NCBI GenBank assembly: GCA_964587155.1
Contig: CAZPKF010000004.1
Span: 63,752-127,751 of the forward strand
Source: an uncultured Fibrobacter sp.
Lineage (GTDB): Bacteria; Fibrobacterota; Fibrobacteria; Fibrobacterales; Fibrobacteraceae
Direction: 5' to 3'
Length of the DNA stretch: 64,000 bases
Shown here: positions 45,498 through 54,307 of the stretch, piece after piece
How positions within the stretch are numbered: position 1 is the first letter of the stretch
Layout: every line of letters starts with the position of its first letter
Notes under the pieces: model-generated
What the model was told of the DNA's origin: nothing
The model's database searches: none
The model's input: the letters and a program-made list of their open reading frames with translations, nothing else
Translations under genes and position numbers: made by a program

Positions 45498-46180
45498 TCT
45501 TCATCCTCGACGAAAAAACGGATAACGTCCGAAGAATCCGCCAACCCGTAGCTGTCCTTGACAAAAATGCGGAACGAATGCCATCCGGGATCGAATCCAG
45601 ATTGGAAAATTTCGGTCAAGGTTCCGGCAAAAAATTCCAGACTGTCAAAAACGACTGTATAAAAAAGAGAATCATCATCTACATCCGAGGCAGAATAAGA
45701 GAAGAAGAACGCTTCGGTTGCGTTTCCCCGGAGCGTATCGCCTTCGGCGGGGACAGCGTGCGAATCCATGACTGGTGCCGTGTCAAAAAGGAAAGAAATC
45801 GGAATGGAAAGGCGATTTCCCATCGTGTCAAAAATCAACAGCGAATCGGGCACACAAGAAGCATCCGTAGAAAATCGAGGAGCTTGCGATAAAATTTTTT
45901 TAGACGCTTGAATCCATCGGAATTTCAAATCGTCTTTGAATTCGGATACGTGAACATCCAGCAAAAAAGAATCCGACGGCGAAACTTGCAATGGCTGAAC
46001 ACAGGTAGAATCGCGTTGAACGGCGCAAATGGAGACCGTCGGCGTCCGATTAAAAATTTCCGGAGCATCTGGGGTTTCGAGACAGGCGAAAAAAAAGAAA
46101 GGGAAAAATGCCGATAAAATTTTCCAAACGGATTGACGTTTGTTTTTGAAAAAATCCGTTGTTTTTTTGACGGCGGGCAT
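45494..46180 (-). CDS. Hypothetical lipoprotein (operon gene 1)
   Basis: Basic N-terminus and lipobox FFFFAC. 4-nt overlap with the next gene. Confidence 0.55.
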   Translation of the reverse strand: MPAVKKTTDFFKNKRQSVWKILSAFFPFFFFACLETPDAPEIFNRTPTVSICAVQRDSTCVQPLQVSPSDSFLLDVHVSEFKDDLKFRWIQASKKILSQAPRFSTDASCVPDSLLIFDTMGNRLSIPISFLFDTAPVMDSHAVPAEGDTLRGNATEAFFFSYSASDVDDDSLFYTVVFDSLEFFAGTLTEIFQSGFDPGWHSFRIFVKDSYGLADSSDVIRFFVEDEE

Positions 46181-46211
46181 AGTTGTAAAATAGACAAAAA
46201 ATGAAGAAAAA

Positions 46212-46868
46212 TCAGAGGGAACGTTTGGATTTTATGTTGACGCCTTCACGGCAACCGATTTGTTTGCAAATGGGACATTGTTCGGGGTGATGCCCGCGGG
46301 CTTTGCAAAATTCTCTGCCAAAATAAATGAATTGCAAGTGGCGGCGATTCCATTCCGGCTTGGGAAACAGCTTTTTCAAATCGCATTCCGTTTGAACGAC
46401 GCTTTTTCCGTTCGAAAGCCCCCATCGCAAGGCTAAACGGTGAATGTGCGTGTCTACAGGGAACGCAGGAATTCCGAACGCTTGACTCATCAACACGCTA
46501 GCAGTCTTGTGACCGACTCCCGGAAGACTTTCTAGATCGGCAAATGTTTGGGGAACGCACCCATTGTAACGTTCCAACAAAAGACGGGAAAGCGCAGAAA
46601 TATGACGGCTCTTGGCGGGAGCGAGTCCGCAGGGGCGTATGAGGTCTTCAATTTTCGAAGTGGGAATTCGAACCATTTTTTCGGGGGAATCCGCCAGGGC
46701 AAATAGTTCCGGAGTCGTCGCGTTCACCCGTTTGTCTGTACATTGAGCACTCAAGAGGACGGCGACGAGGAACGTAAAAGGATTTGAAAAATGTAATGGT
46801 ATCGCGGGGGCGGGATAAAGTTCATCCAGTTTTTTTCCGACGAAATCGGCTCTCGCTTTTTTGTCCAC
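46212..46868 (-). CDS. nth: Endonuclease III
   Basis: HhH-GPD region LPGVGHKTASVLM...PVDTHIHR and the C-terminal 4Fe-4S cluster loop CKARGHHPEQCPICKQIGC. Confidence 0.92.
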   Translation of the reverse strand: MDKKARADFVGKKLDELYPAPAIPLHFSNPFTFLVAVLLSAQCTDKRVNATTPELFALADSPEKMVRIPTSKIEDLIRPCGLAPAKSRHISALSRLLLERYNGCVPQTFADLESLPGVGHKTASVLMSQAFGIPAFPVDTHIHRLALRWGLSNGKSVVQTECDLKKLFPKPEWNRRHLQFIYFGREFCKARGHHPEQCPICKQIGCREGVNIKSKRSL

Positions 46869-46879
46869 GGAGAAACCTC

Positions 46880-47704
46880 TTATTTGGAACGGGAACAGTT
46901 TCTGTCGCGGGTAAAATCCTGTTGCATTTCAAGGCTAGGCAAGGCTGTGTCCGGATGCCCGACTTTGACGGCGGGAACCCCGGCTACAGTAACATGAGGC
47001 GGAACGTCTTCTAAAACGACAGCTCCAGCGCCAACTTTAGAACCTCTTCCTATGTGGATGTTTCCCAGTAATTGCGCATTTGCTCCGAGCATAACGCCAT
47101 CGCCAATTTTGGGGTGGCGGTCTCCGGTCTCGTTTCCTGTTCCGCCCAAGGTGACTCCGTGCAAGATGGAAACATTATTCCCAATTTTTGCAGTTTCTCC
47201 GACAACGAGTCCTGTCGCATGGTCTAGCAGAATCCCACGACCAATTTTTGCAGCAGGATGAATATCCACGGCGAATTTTTGACTGATCAGGCTTTGCAGC
47301 ATTTCTGCGAGAAAATGCCTGTCGGCTTTCCATAAGGCGTGGGCGACCCGATACGCCTGAATGGACTGATATCCTTTGAAAAAAAGAAGCGGTTCCAGTG
47401 GGGATTTGCAGGCGGGATCTCGTTCCAATGTCGCTTGGAGATCTGCTGCGGAATCTTCGACAAGGGAAGGATTTTCGCGGTAAGTCGATAAAAAGAGAAT
47501 TTCCAACTGAGTCCGGCTCAAAAGGGAAGAGGCCAGTTTCCGGGACAGGGTGACGGCGAGAACTTCTGCAAAGGAACTGCGGAATACTATTTGTTCGTCT
47601 AAAACAGATTTGAGCAAAGGCTCTTTGGAAGAAAGATTTAGAGCCGCAGTGACAAGCGCAGAAAAAAGTTCTTTTGTTGTTTTGCCGTTTTCCTTGATGG
47701 GCAT
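46880..47704 (-). CDS. cysE: Serine O-acetyltransferase
   Basis: Hexapeptide repeats DIHPAAKIGRGILLDHATGLVVGETAKIGNNVSILHGVTLGGTG and an N-terminal SATase helical domain. ATG at 47704 preferred (MPIKENG...). Confidence 0.9.
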   Translation of the reverse strand: MPIKENGKTTKELFSALVTAALNLSSKEPLLKSVLDEQIVFRSSFAEVLAVTLSRKLASSLLSRTQLEILFLSTYRENPSLVEDSAADLQATLERDPACKSPLEPLLFFKGYQSIQAYRVAHALWKADRHFLAEMLQSLISQKFAVDIHPAAKIGRGILLDHATGLVVGETAKIGNNVSILHGVTLGGTGNETGDRHPKIGDGVMLGANAQLLGNIHIGRGSKVGAGAVVLEDVPPHVTVAGVPAVKVGHPDTALPSLEMQQDFTRDRNCSRSK

Positions 47705-47835
47705 TCTGGTCTCCGAAATTTTTACATAATGTAGAAAAACAAGAAGAATGATCACCGAAACACTTAGCCGCTCTTTCGAGTTTGCGTATTTTTAAAGAAA
47801 TGGAGTGAATTTTCAAATCGTTTTTTGTCGTTTAT

Positions 47836-47875
47836 TAAAAAGTAAAGGAAGATCCGCCCTTTGGGCGGACCTTCC
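47836..47875 (-). terminator. Rho-independent terminator about 400 nt downstream of skp
   Basis: 13-bp stem (GGAAGGTCCGCCC / GGGCGGATCTTCC, one mismatch) and 3-nt loop, followed on the minus strand by TTTACTTTTT. Confidence 0.7.
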
Positions 47876-48275
47876 AGCTGCTCCCCTCGACAATTATAAA
47901 ATAGCATTCGAAATTGCCAAATCCTGTCAAAAAAATGTTTTTGAAAAAAAATTGAGAGTCTATCCTTTTTTGAATAAGGTTCTATGTAACGCTTCAGCAG
48001 TTCAATGAGTTAAAACCGTTTCGTTCGACAAATGCGTTTACACTCCGCAAACAGAAATTCCCTTTCGCAGATAAACGTTTCTTTTGAAAGAAGTCCACTC
48101 TTCACAAAAACAGTCCGCTTTAGCCGTTGAAACCGTGCAAAAATTCCCCAATTACTGAAAAGGATTCCGTTTGAAACCCCATCCAGGAAAGTTCTTAAGT
48201 CTTAGAACCTAGCCGTCACTTCACAACCCAAAGTCCACCCTCCAACTCCTAATTTCTAATTCCGCATTCCCAATT

Positions 48276-48791
48276 TCACCGAGAATTCAAATAGTCAAGA
48301 ACTTTTTTGGTCAAATCGTTTTCATCTTTCCAGAACAAAACAGAACCTGTCGCACGGTCAATCACCATGTCATAGCCTTCTTGCAGGGCGATTTCTGTCA
48401 CCGCTTTTTTGATAAGGGAAATAATCGGAGCACTGACCTTTTCATTTTCCGTAATTAATTCCCCTGAACGCCCGTAAACCCGATCGATAAACTCTTTCAG
48501 TTCCGTATTTTTCTTGGCGTAATCCCCTTCCAGTTCCTTGCGTTTTTCATCTGAAAGCATCAAAGATTGTTTGTCGAGTTTCTCTTTGATGGCTGCCAGT
48601 TCCTTTTGAAGAAGGTTCGCCTGTTGTTCCCATTTCGCCACTTGGCGATCGTATTCTTCTTGAGCCTTCTTGGTTCCTTTGTAGCCTTCGAAGATAATCT
48701 TGGAATCCACATGCGCCACGCGCAAACCATCTTCTGCAAAGGCAAAAACGCCCAATGAAAGCAGAACAAAAATCAGAGACTTTATACGCAT
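48276..48791 (-). CDS. skp: Periplasmic chaperone Skp/OmpH
   Basis: Signal peptide, then a coiled-coil KKAQEEYDRQVAKWEQQANLLQKELAAIKEKLDKQSLMLS. Lies directly after bamA with a TGATG overlap. Confidence 0.85.
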   Translation of the reverse strand: MRIKSLIFVLLSLGVFAFAEDGLRVAHVDSKIIFEGYKGTKKAQEEYDRQVAKWEQQANLLQKELAAIKEKLDKQSLMLSDEKRKELEGDYAKKNTELKEFIDRVYGRSGELITENEKVSAPIISLIKKAVTEIALQEGYDMVIDRATGSVLFWKDENDLTKKVLDYLNSR

Positions 48792-51562
48792 CAGAATCCC
48801 TGCCCAATGACAAAGTTGAATTCCATATCACCCACGCTCGTCCGTTCCAAACCGGAATAAGTTTCACCCGGATCCAACGGCCAAGCAAAGTCAAACCCGA
48901 TAATGCCAAGCATCGGAACGACTACGCGGAATCCAAAGCCAAAATCGCGTTTGAGACTTGATGGATCCCATTCCGTAAGCGGATTCGGCTGACTCTTAGA
49001 AACTTTCGAATCCGGGTCGTAGCGTTTGCCGAAAACATTTCCCGCATCAAAGAACAACGGCAACAGGTAGAATGTATTGGGCACAATTCCCCATTGAATT
49101 TCCGCTCCGATATACTGGTAGCTGCGGCCTAAGCGGCGATATCCAATGGAACCCGAACTATAGCCGCGCATCATGCCATCGTAACCCAAAACGCCACCCA
49201 TCTGATAAAGCGTACGGTATTGGAGCGGATCACCGACCATCACTCCATATTCATTTGTCAGCGCCAACGCCAAGCGGTCGCCAATCAGCGGGAACCACCA
49301 TTTTACAGTCAAATCCGTTTTGACAAAACTGAAGTCGCTGCCAATTTTATCATCCGCCACTTCTACCGAAAGAACATAGCGAGATCCGTCCGTCGGGAAT
49401 TGCGGCAAGTTCTTGTCATCGCGGATCAGCTTAAACGTAAATGCGGATTCCACACCCGAATAGCGGACAAGGCTCCCGGCGACATTATCGCCTTGCTTGT
49501 TCATCATCCAGCTGTAACCGATTTGACCGTAGAAATAATCGTCCGGCCATTTCAAGCGTTTTCCCACATAGATGGATCCGCCATAACGCGTGATATCCGG
49601 GTCATCATCCTGATCCCACCAGGCATAGCTTAAACTGGTTCCTAGCGTAATCGGGTAATCCAAGAACCACGGTTCCACAAAGCTTATCGAGGCGCTCTTC
49701 TTATCTTCACCGTATTCCACGTTAAACGAGGCGCTTTGACCATCGCCCATGCAGCAGTTCGGAATAGAGACTCCCAAAGTTCCAGTCAAACCGTCGCTTT
49801 GACTGTAGGCAAGACCCGCGCTGAATTGTCCCGTTCCCGCTTCTTTCTCTGCAACCTTAAAGAGCAAGTCGATTTGCTGATCGCCAACAACCTGAATATC
49901 CGGATAAACCATGTCGAAGTAATTCAATTGCATGATTTCGCGGAAACTGCGTTCCATCGCCGATTGCCGATATGTGTCGCCCGGATAAAGGCGGACTTCG
50001 CGGCGAATCACTTTGTCTTTAGTCTTTGTATTTCCCAAGATATTTACCCGATGAATTTGCGCAGGCAAACCTTCCCGGATTTTGTATTCCAGATTTACAA
50101 TGCTGTCGTTCACAAAGCTTCGGGTTTCATCGTATTGCGCAAACAGATAACCGTCTTCCCGGTAAGCACCGATAATGGCGGAGCGCGTCGCTTCATATGC
50201 GTAATAATCGAAGACTTCCCCGCTGTCTAGGTAAACAGCGCGCGACAGCATTTTGTCTGTCAAGACTTCGTTTCCGGTGAAGTGGACTTCTCCCGTATAA
50301 TACCGTTGCCCTTCATCGATATCGATGAAAATACGGACATATTTGGATGTGACAACGCTGTCATAAGGCGTAAGCGCACTGAACGTTTCTTCTAGCGTGT
50401 AGCGTGTCAACAGTTTTTCATCATACCGATTCCGCGGGCGTTTCTTCAGCAGAGAATCAATTTTACGGTTCTTCCACTGGCGGTCCTTGGGCAAGGAGCG
50501 CAGCCACACTTTGCGCAAATCTTCATACGTGATGATGCCGTTCAAAATTTTGACAGCCGTTTCTTCATCTTGGACGGAATAAACGGGAACTGCCTGGGAA
50601 TAGGGATGGAAATTTCGGCGGTGTTCGCGGTAATAGTGGGTAGACTTTTCTTCAACTCGGCCCGCCAATCGGTTCATGATGTTCGCCGTATCGGCTATCG
50701 CCTGATTCAATTGCCCGTAAAGAAGTTCCAGTTTGCGGCCTTTGGGAACCGCCCTGCCCAGATAAAAATTACAACTGGAATCCGGCAAATATTCAGCCCG
50801 GAATTCTTTGAGTTCCGCATCCAAAAATCCGAAATGGCGGATGGCGTTCAACACGGTATCCCGGTCCGCTTCAAAAATCGCTTCTTTGAATTCACCATCT
50901 CCCCACCAATGCGCACGTTTCGTCAACATGTGATCCGTGATGTCCGTATAAGGAACGTGCTCGTTCCCCGTCACCACGATGGAATCAACCTGGACCTTGG
51001 GTCCTTCGCGAACAATGAAAGTCACCGCATTTTCGTGATCGGAAACAGGCGTTTCACGGAAGCCAACTTCCGCAAGAAGATATCCTTCAGAACGGTAATA
51101 GCTCAAGATGTTCTGTCTATCGCGTTCTAGGCCACTTTTGCTGTAAACCCGTCCCTGCAGCAGATTGATTTTTAGCCGCACATCCTCTTCGGAGATTTCA
51201 TCGCAACCTTCCACATAAACCGTATCCAAGGCCGGAAGTTCCACCACCCGGAATACCAGGTCCACCTTATTTTCGTTTCCCGGCAGATAATCAATCCATG
51301 CGGTTACATCGTCAAAATACCCCGTTTCGAACAAATCCGAAACACTCTTTTGCACTTTTTCCGTAAATGCAGACGGTTGAAACGCCTGCCCATCGCGAAC
51401 GCTCACCCGGCTGAGCACAGAACGTTCGTCCATGTTGACAAGGCCTTCCGCCCGAACACGGCGCACGGTCGTTGGAGTCGTAAAATTTTCGGGCACATCC
51501 AAAAGCTGCGCAAAGGAAAGCGCCGAACACACAAACAAAAAAGCAAGGACACGAAAAAGCAA
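48791..51562 (-). CDS. bamA: Outer membrane protein assembly factor BamA
   Basis: 923 aa with a signal peptide, multiple POTRA-like repeats, and a C-terminal beta-barrel ending NFVIGQGF. The start is a TTG at 51562. Confidence 0.92.
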   Translation of the reverse strand: MLFRVLAFLFVCSALSFAQLLDVPENFTTPTTVRRVRAEGLVNMDERSVLSRVSVRDGQAFQPSAFTEKVQKSVSDLFETGYFDDVTAWIDYLPGNENKVDLVFRVVELPALDTVYVEGCDEISEEDVRLKINLLQGRVYSKSGLERDRQNILSYYRSEGYLLAEVGFRETPVSDHENAVTFIVREGPKVQVDSIVVTGNEHVPYTDITDHMLTKRAHWWGDGEFKEAIFEADRDTVLNAIRHFGFLDAELKEFRAEYLPDSSCNFYLGRAVPKGRKLELLYGQLNQAIADTANIMNRLAGRVEEKSTHYYREHRRNFHPYSQAVPVYSVQDEETAVKILNGIITYEDLRKVWLRSLPKDRQWKNRKIDSLLKKRPRNRYDEKLLTRYTLEETFSALTPYDSVVTSKYVRIFIDIDEGQRYYTGEVHFTGNEVLTDKMLSRAVYLDSGEVFDYYAYEATRSAIIGAYREDGYLFAQYDETRSFVNDSIVNLEYKIREGLPAQIHRVNILGNTKTKDKVIRREVRLYPGDTYRQSAMERSFREIMQLNYFDMVYPDIQVVGDQQIDLLFKVAEKEAGTGQFSAGLAYSQSDGLTGTLGVSIPNCCMGDGQSASFNVEYGEDKKSASISFVEPWFLDYPITLGTSLSYAWWDQDDDPDITRYGGSIYVGKRLKWPDDYFYGQIGYSWMMNKQGDNVAGSLVRYSGVESAFTFKLIRDDKNLPQFPTDGSRYVLSVEVADDKIGSDFSFVKTDLTVKWWFPLIGDRLALALTNEYGVMVGDPLQYRTLYQMGGVLGYDGMMRGYSSGSIGYRRLGRSYQYIGAEIQWGIVPNTFYLLPLFFDAGNVFGKRYDPDSKVSKSQPNPLTEWDPSSLKRDFGFGFRVVVPMLGIIGFDFAWPLDPGETYSGLERTSVGDMEFNFVIGQGF

Positions 51563-51595
51563 ATGGTGCTACCTTGTTAGGATAAAAATCGATAC

Positions 51596-51603
51596 CAAAG
51601 ATA
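51596..51603 (-). promoter_or_regulatory. Candidate -7 box TATCTTTG upstream of bamA
   Basis: Exact TAnnTTTG on the minus strand, 33 nt upstream of the TTG start and immediately after the upstream terminator T-run. Confidence 0.35.
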
Positions 51604-51630
51604 CAAAAAACGCCCGCAAAAAAGCGAGCG
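51604..51630 (-). terminator. Rho-independent terminator after the 51665-52717 lipoprotein gene
   Basis: Minus strand CGCTCGC tttttt GCGGGCG (7 bp, one G-U), then TTTTTT. Confidence 0.65.
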
Positions 51631-51664
51631 AATTTCAAACTCTGGAGAAGAAAGCGGAAACCGC

Positions 51665-52717
51665 TTATTGTCCAAGGTATTTGCGACCGATGCCGAATTG
51701 ATCCTTGTATTCCACATAATCCGGAACAAAACCGCTCGGGAAGCTGAACGAAACATTGACAGAGCACTGGAATTCGTTCATCAACTCGCCCTTTCCTGTG
51801 AACGGCTGTTGTTTTTTCTCCACTTTCATCTTGTCGCCCTTGCCGACGATGACTTCGGCATCGCACCAGCCCTTACCGACCATTTTGGCGAAGACGGAAT
51901 CGCCCGCAGTCGAAACGAGTTTGATTTTAGCCGGATCCAATTCTGTGTTGTTTCCCGTAGAAGCCCAGAATTGAAGTTCGCCAGAAAGGGACGTCGGCGT
52001 CATTTTAATTGTCGGGAACGCCATGACGTAACCCCACTTGTCGATAAGCGGAGATTTGTTCGGGATATTTTCACCGAAAATGAGGAAATACGCACGGGTT
52101 TCTACAAGGCTCTTGTTGTGAGCCGCTTTGAAATCCGCATTATTCGGGGCGATAAGCCCGATTGCCAGCAAATTGTATTCCTTTTCCACCGGATCGTCGG
52201 ATTCAAGAGCTTCTGGAAGAGCCTTGGCGACATAGGCGTTTTCCGCCTGGGTGCGAATCGCCTGAACTTTCGCAAAATTCCCATTCAAACGCTTCAGCAG
52301 GGAGAAGGAGGAATCGATTTTAGCGAGACCTTCGAGAATCGTCCCCAATTCCGCACCTTCCGACATTACCTGGTTGAGTCCCACCGTAGAAAGTGCTTCG
52401 GCGATTTGTTCTGCCGTTTCGGCATTCTTCACGCTGTCCAAATTCTGGACGACCTGTTCAAAAAGTCCGTGCAACAAAGCGCTTTGCGGATCCTTCTTGC
52501 TTTCTTGTTCTGCGCGTTTGGCTATCGCCAGTGTAAAATTGTCATAAAATTCGGACGAAAGTTTGCCTTTGTCCTTTGCAGTCAAATACGAATTAATCGC
52601 ATTTTGGTAACGCCCCGCCTGGAGATGTTCGTCACCGCGTTTTTCGTTTGTTCCTTTGCAACCTGCGAACAGGAGTGCCGATGCCGTCAAAAGAACCATC
52701 AACTGTTTTGTTTTCAT
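51665..52717 (-). CDS. Hypothetical lipoprotein (helical N-terminal half)
   Basis: Signal and lipobox MKTKQLMVLLTASALLFAGC. Preferred over the fully overlapping antisense ORF 51668..52753, which has no signal peptide and a low-complexity R/F-rich composition. Confidence 0.65.
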   Translation of the reverse strand: MKTKQLMVLLTASALLFAGCKGTNEKRGDEHLQAGRYQNAINSYLTAKDKGKLSSEFYDNFTLAIAKRAEQESKKDPQSALLHGLFEQVVQNLDSVKNAETAEQIAEALSTVGLNQVMSEGAELGTILEGLAKIDSSFSLLKRLNGNFAKVQAIRTQAENAYVAKALPEALESDDPVEKEYNLLAIGLIAPNNADFKAAHNKSLVETRAYFLIFGENIPNKSPLIDKWGYVMAFPTIKMTPTSLSGELQFWASTGNNTELDPAKIKLVSTAGDSVFAKMVGKGWCDAEVIVGKGDKMKVEKKQQPFTGKGELMNEFQCSVNVSFSFPSGFVPDYVEYKDQFGIGRKYLGQ

Positions 52718-52780
52718 TATTTGACCCTTTATCCGAAAAATTTTCGAATGTGATAGATTTCACTTCGTAATTTAATTAAA

Positions 52781-52788
52781 TATTTTTG
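52781..52788 (+). promoter_or_regulatory. Candidate -7 box TATTTTTG upstream of the glycogen-synthase-like gene
   Basis: Exact TAnnTTTG, 42 nt upstream of the TTG at 52831. Confidence 0.35.
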
Positions 52789-52830
52789 TGGTGAAACATC
52801 CGTTTCGTAAATAATTTTTTGGAGAACGCA

Positions 52831-54237
52831 TTGAAATTTTTAGCCGTCAGTCCGGAAGCCGGTGAATGGACAAGACCAAGCCCCCTGTGCGGGGCGGTAA
52901 ATCAACTTACCCAGGCCGCTTTTCGCGCAGGGACCGGTACGTTGACGATTTCACCATTTTACCCCAATCTTTTGGACAACGCCGAAGAATATAAATGCGT
53001 GTTCAAAGGTGTTGAAAAGCTTAGGAACATGCCTTTCGAAGTTTGGACAGGAAACTCTCCGCTATACGCATACATCCGCTTCGACGACTACTTTGACCGT
53101 CCATCCATTTACGGAGACACCGGAAACCCTTACGGCGACAACCACCTCCGGTTTTCTTACCTGGCTTCATCCGCTCTGGCTTACGCGGACGCCATCCATT
53201 ACAACCCGACCACCCTGTGCGGACACGACTGGAGCGGCGCTTTAATCGCCCCGATAGCAAAGACCGTCTATCCGGAAGCCTTCCTGAAGACACCCTTTTT
53301 CTTCACCGTGCACAACATCGCTTACGATTTCCATGTGACCGAAACAGAAATAGAACGCATCGGACTGCCCCGTGTGGACTTCAACATGGACGGCTATGAA
53401 TTTTGGGGAAAAGTCAGCTTGCTCAAAGCGGGAGTCTTTTATGCGAAAAAAGTTCTGCTCCCTTCGCCCGGTTATTGCGACAGCATCGTCAACGACCATA
53501 TCGGCGGCGGACTTTCCGGTTTTTTAATCCGCAACAAGGAAAAATTGAAAGGCATCCAGTTCGGGTTGAACTACCCTTTTTGGGACTTTAATTTCAAAGC
53601 GGCTCAGCCCATCGAAAAAGCAAAAAAAGCGGCGCGTTCCACACTGTCTGCTTTAGTCGGCAAAGATTTCGATTACAGGATGGTATTGTTCTGCAACCTG
53701 GGACCGGAGTCCGGCAAAACATCGGCAACTCTCGCCACCCTTTTGGGCGACATCAACAAGCTGAACATTTTCGTCGTTGTCGGGGCGATTAACGGCAGTC
53801 CGGAATGGGATTATTACACGTCTGTGGCAAATCAGGAACATTCCCACATGGCGGTTTTGAATTTGTCTCAAAACAACACAACTGTTCGAACCGCTTTAGC
53901 TGGTTCGGACGTACTCTTTGCAGCAGACCCAACAGAACCTTCCGCCAGCATGGTTTTAAAATCCCTCGCCTGCGGAACAATTCCCTTGACCGGACGCGAC
54001 GTCGGATGTGCAAATCTCCTTGTGAATTACGAGGGCGACTTTGAATTGGCAAACGCCATGCTTGTCGAAGATTCCGCAGCGCCAGACCAGATGATTCGTA
54101 AATTGAAAACAGCTGTGCAACTATACAGTTCAAACCAAGACAGTTGGGATTATCTGGTCCGCAACGCCTACCATTTCCGCTACGAATGGGACAGAACAAT
54201 TTCCCAATACATTCTGACTTTTGGCGAAGAGACATAA
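52831..54237 (+). CDS. Glycogen/starch synthase-like glycosyltransferase (GT5-like), divergent
   Basis: GlgA-like layout: LKFLAVSPE... N-terminus, GHDWSGALIAP, and a C-terminal ...PTEPSASMVLKSLACGTIPL region. Start assigned to the TTG at 52831, preceded by GGAG at 52821-52824. Confidence 0.7.
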   Translation: MKFLAVSPEAGEWTRPSPLCGAVNQLTQAAFRAGTGTLTISPFYPNLLDNAEEYKCVFKGVEKLRNMPFEVWTGNSPLYAYIRFDDYFDRPSIYGDTGNPYGDNHLRFSYLASSALAYADAIHYNPTTLCGHDWSGALIAPIAKTVYPEAFLKTPFFFTVHNIAYDFHVTETEIERIGLPRVDFNMDGYEFWGKVSLLKAGVFYAKKVLLPSPGYCDSIVNDHIGGGLSGFLIRNKEKLKGIQFGLNYPFWDFNFKAAQPIEKAKKAARSTLSALVGKDFDYRMVLFCNLGPESGKTSATLATLLGDINKLNIFVVVGAINGSPEWDYYTSVANQEHSHMAVLNLSQNNTTVRTALAGSDVLFAADPTEPSASMVLKSLACGTIPLTGRDVGCANLLVNYEGDFELANAMLVEDSAAPDQMIRKLKTAVQLYSSNQDSWDYLVRNAYHFRYEWDRTISQYILTFGEET

Positions 54238-54266
54238 CGCTTGACGGGCGACGTTGATGAAAATTC

Positions 54267-54292
54267 AAAACCCGGCGAGATCGCCGGGTTTT
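54267..54292. terminator. Bidirectional terminator between convergent genes
   Basis: AAAA CCCGGCG agat CGCCGGG TTTT. Confidence 0.75.
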
Positions 54293-54307
54293 CTTTCGTG
54301 TGCAAAA

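Noticed and set aside
47805-48008. 67-aa ORF in the skp-cysE gap, and a look for tmRNA, SRP, RNase P or 6S signatures in 47876-48275.
   Set aside because: The ORF has no Shine-Dalgarno sequence, promoter box or recognisable motif. I could not find the conserved cores of those RNAs by eye, so the region is left unassigned.
51668-52753. 361-aa plus-strand ORF fully overlapping the minus-strand lipoprotein gene.
   Set aside because: The minus-strand product has a clean signal peptide and lipobox and a natural composition, and it sits in the bamA-skp neighbourhood. The plus-strand product looks like antisense noise.
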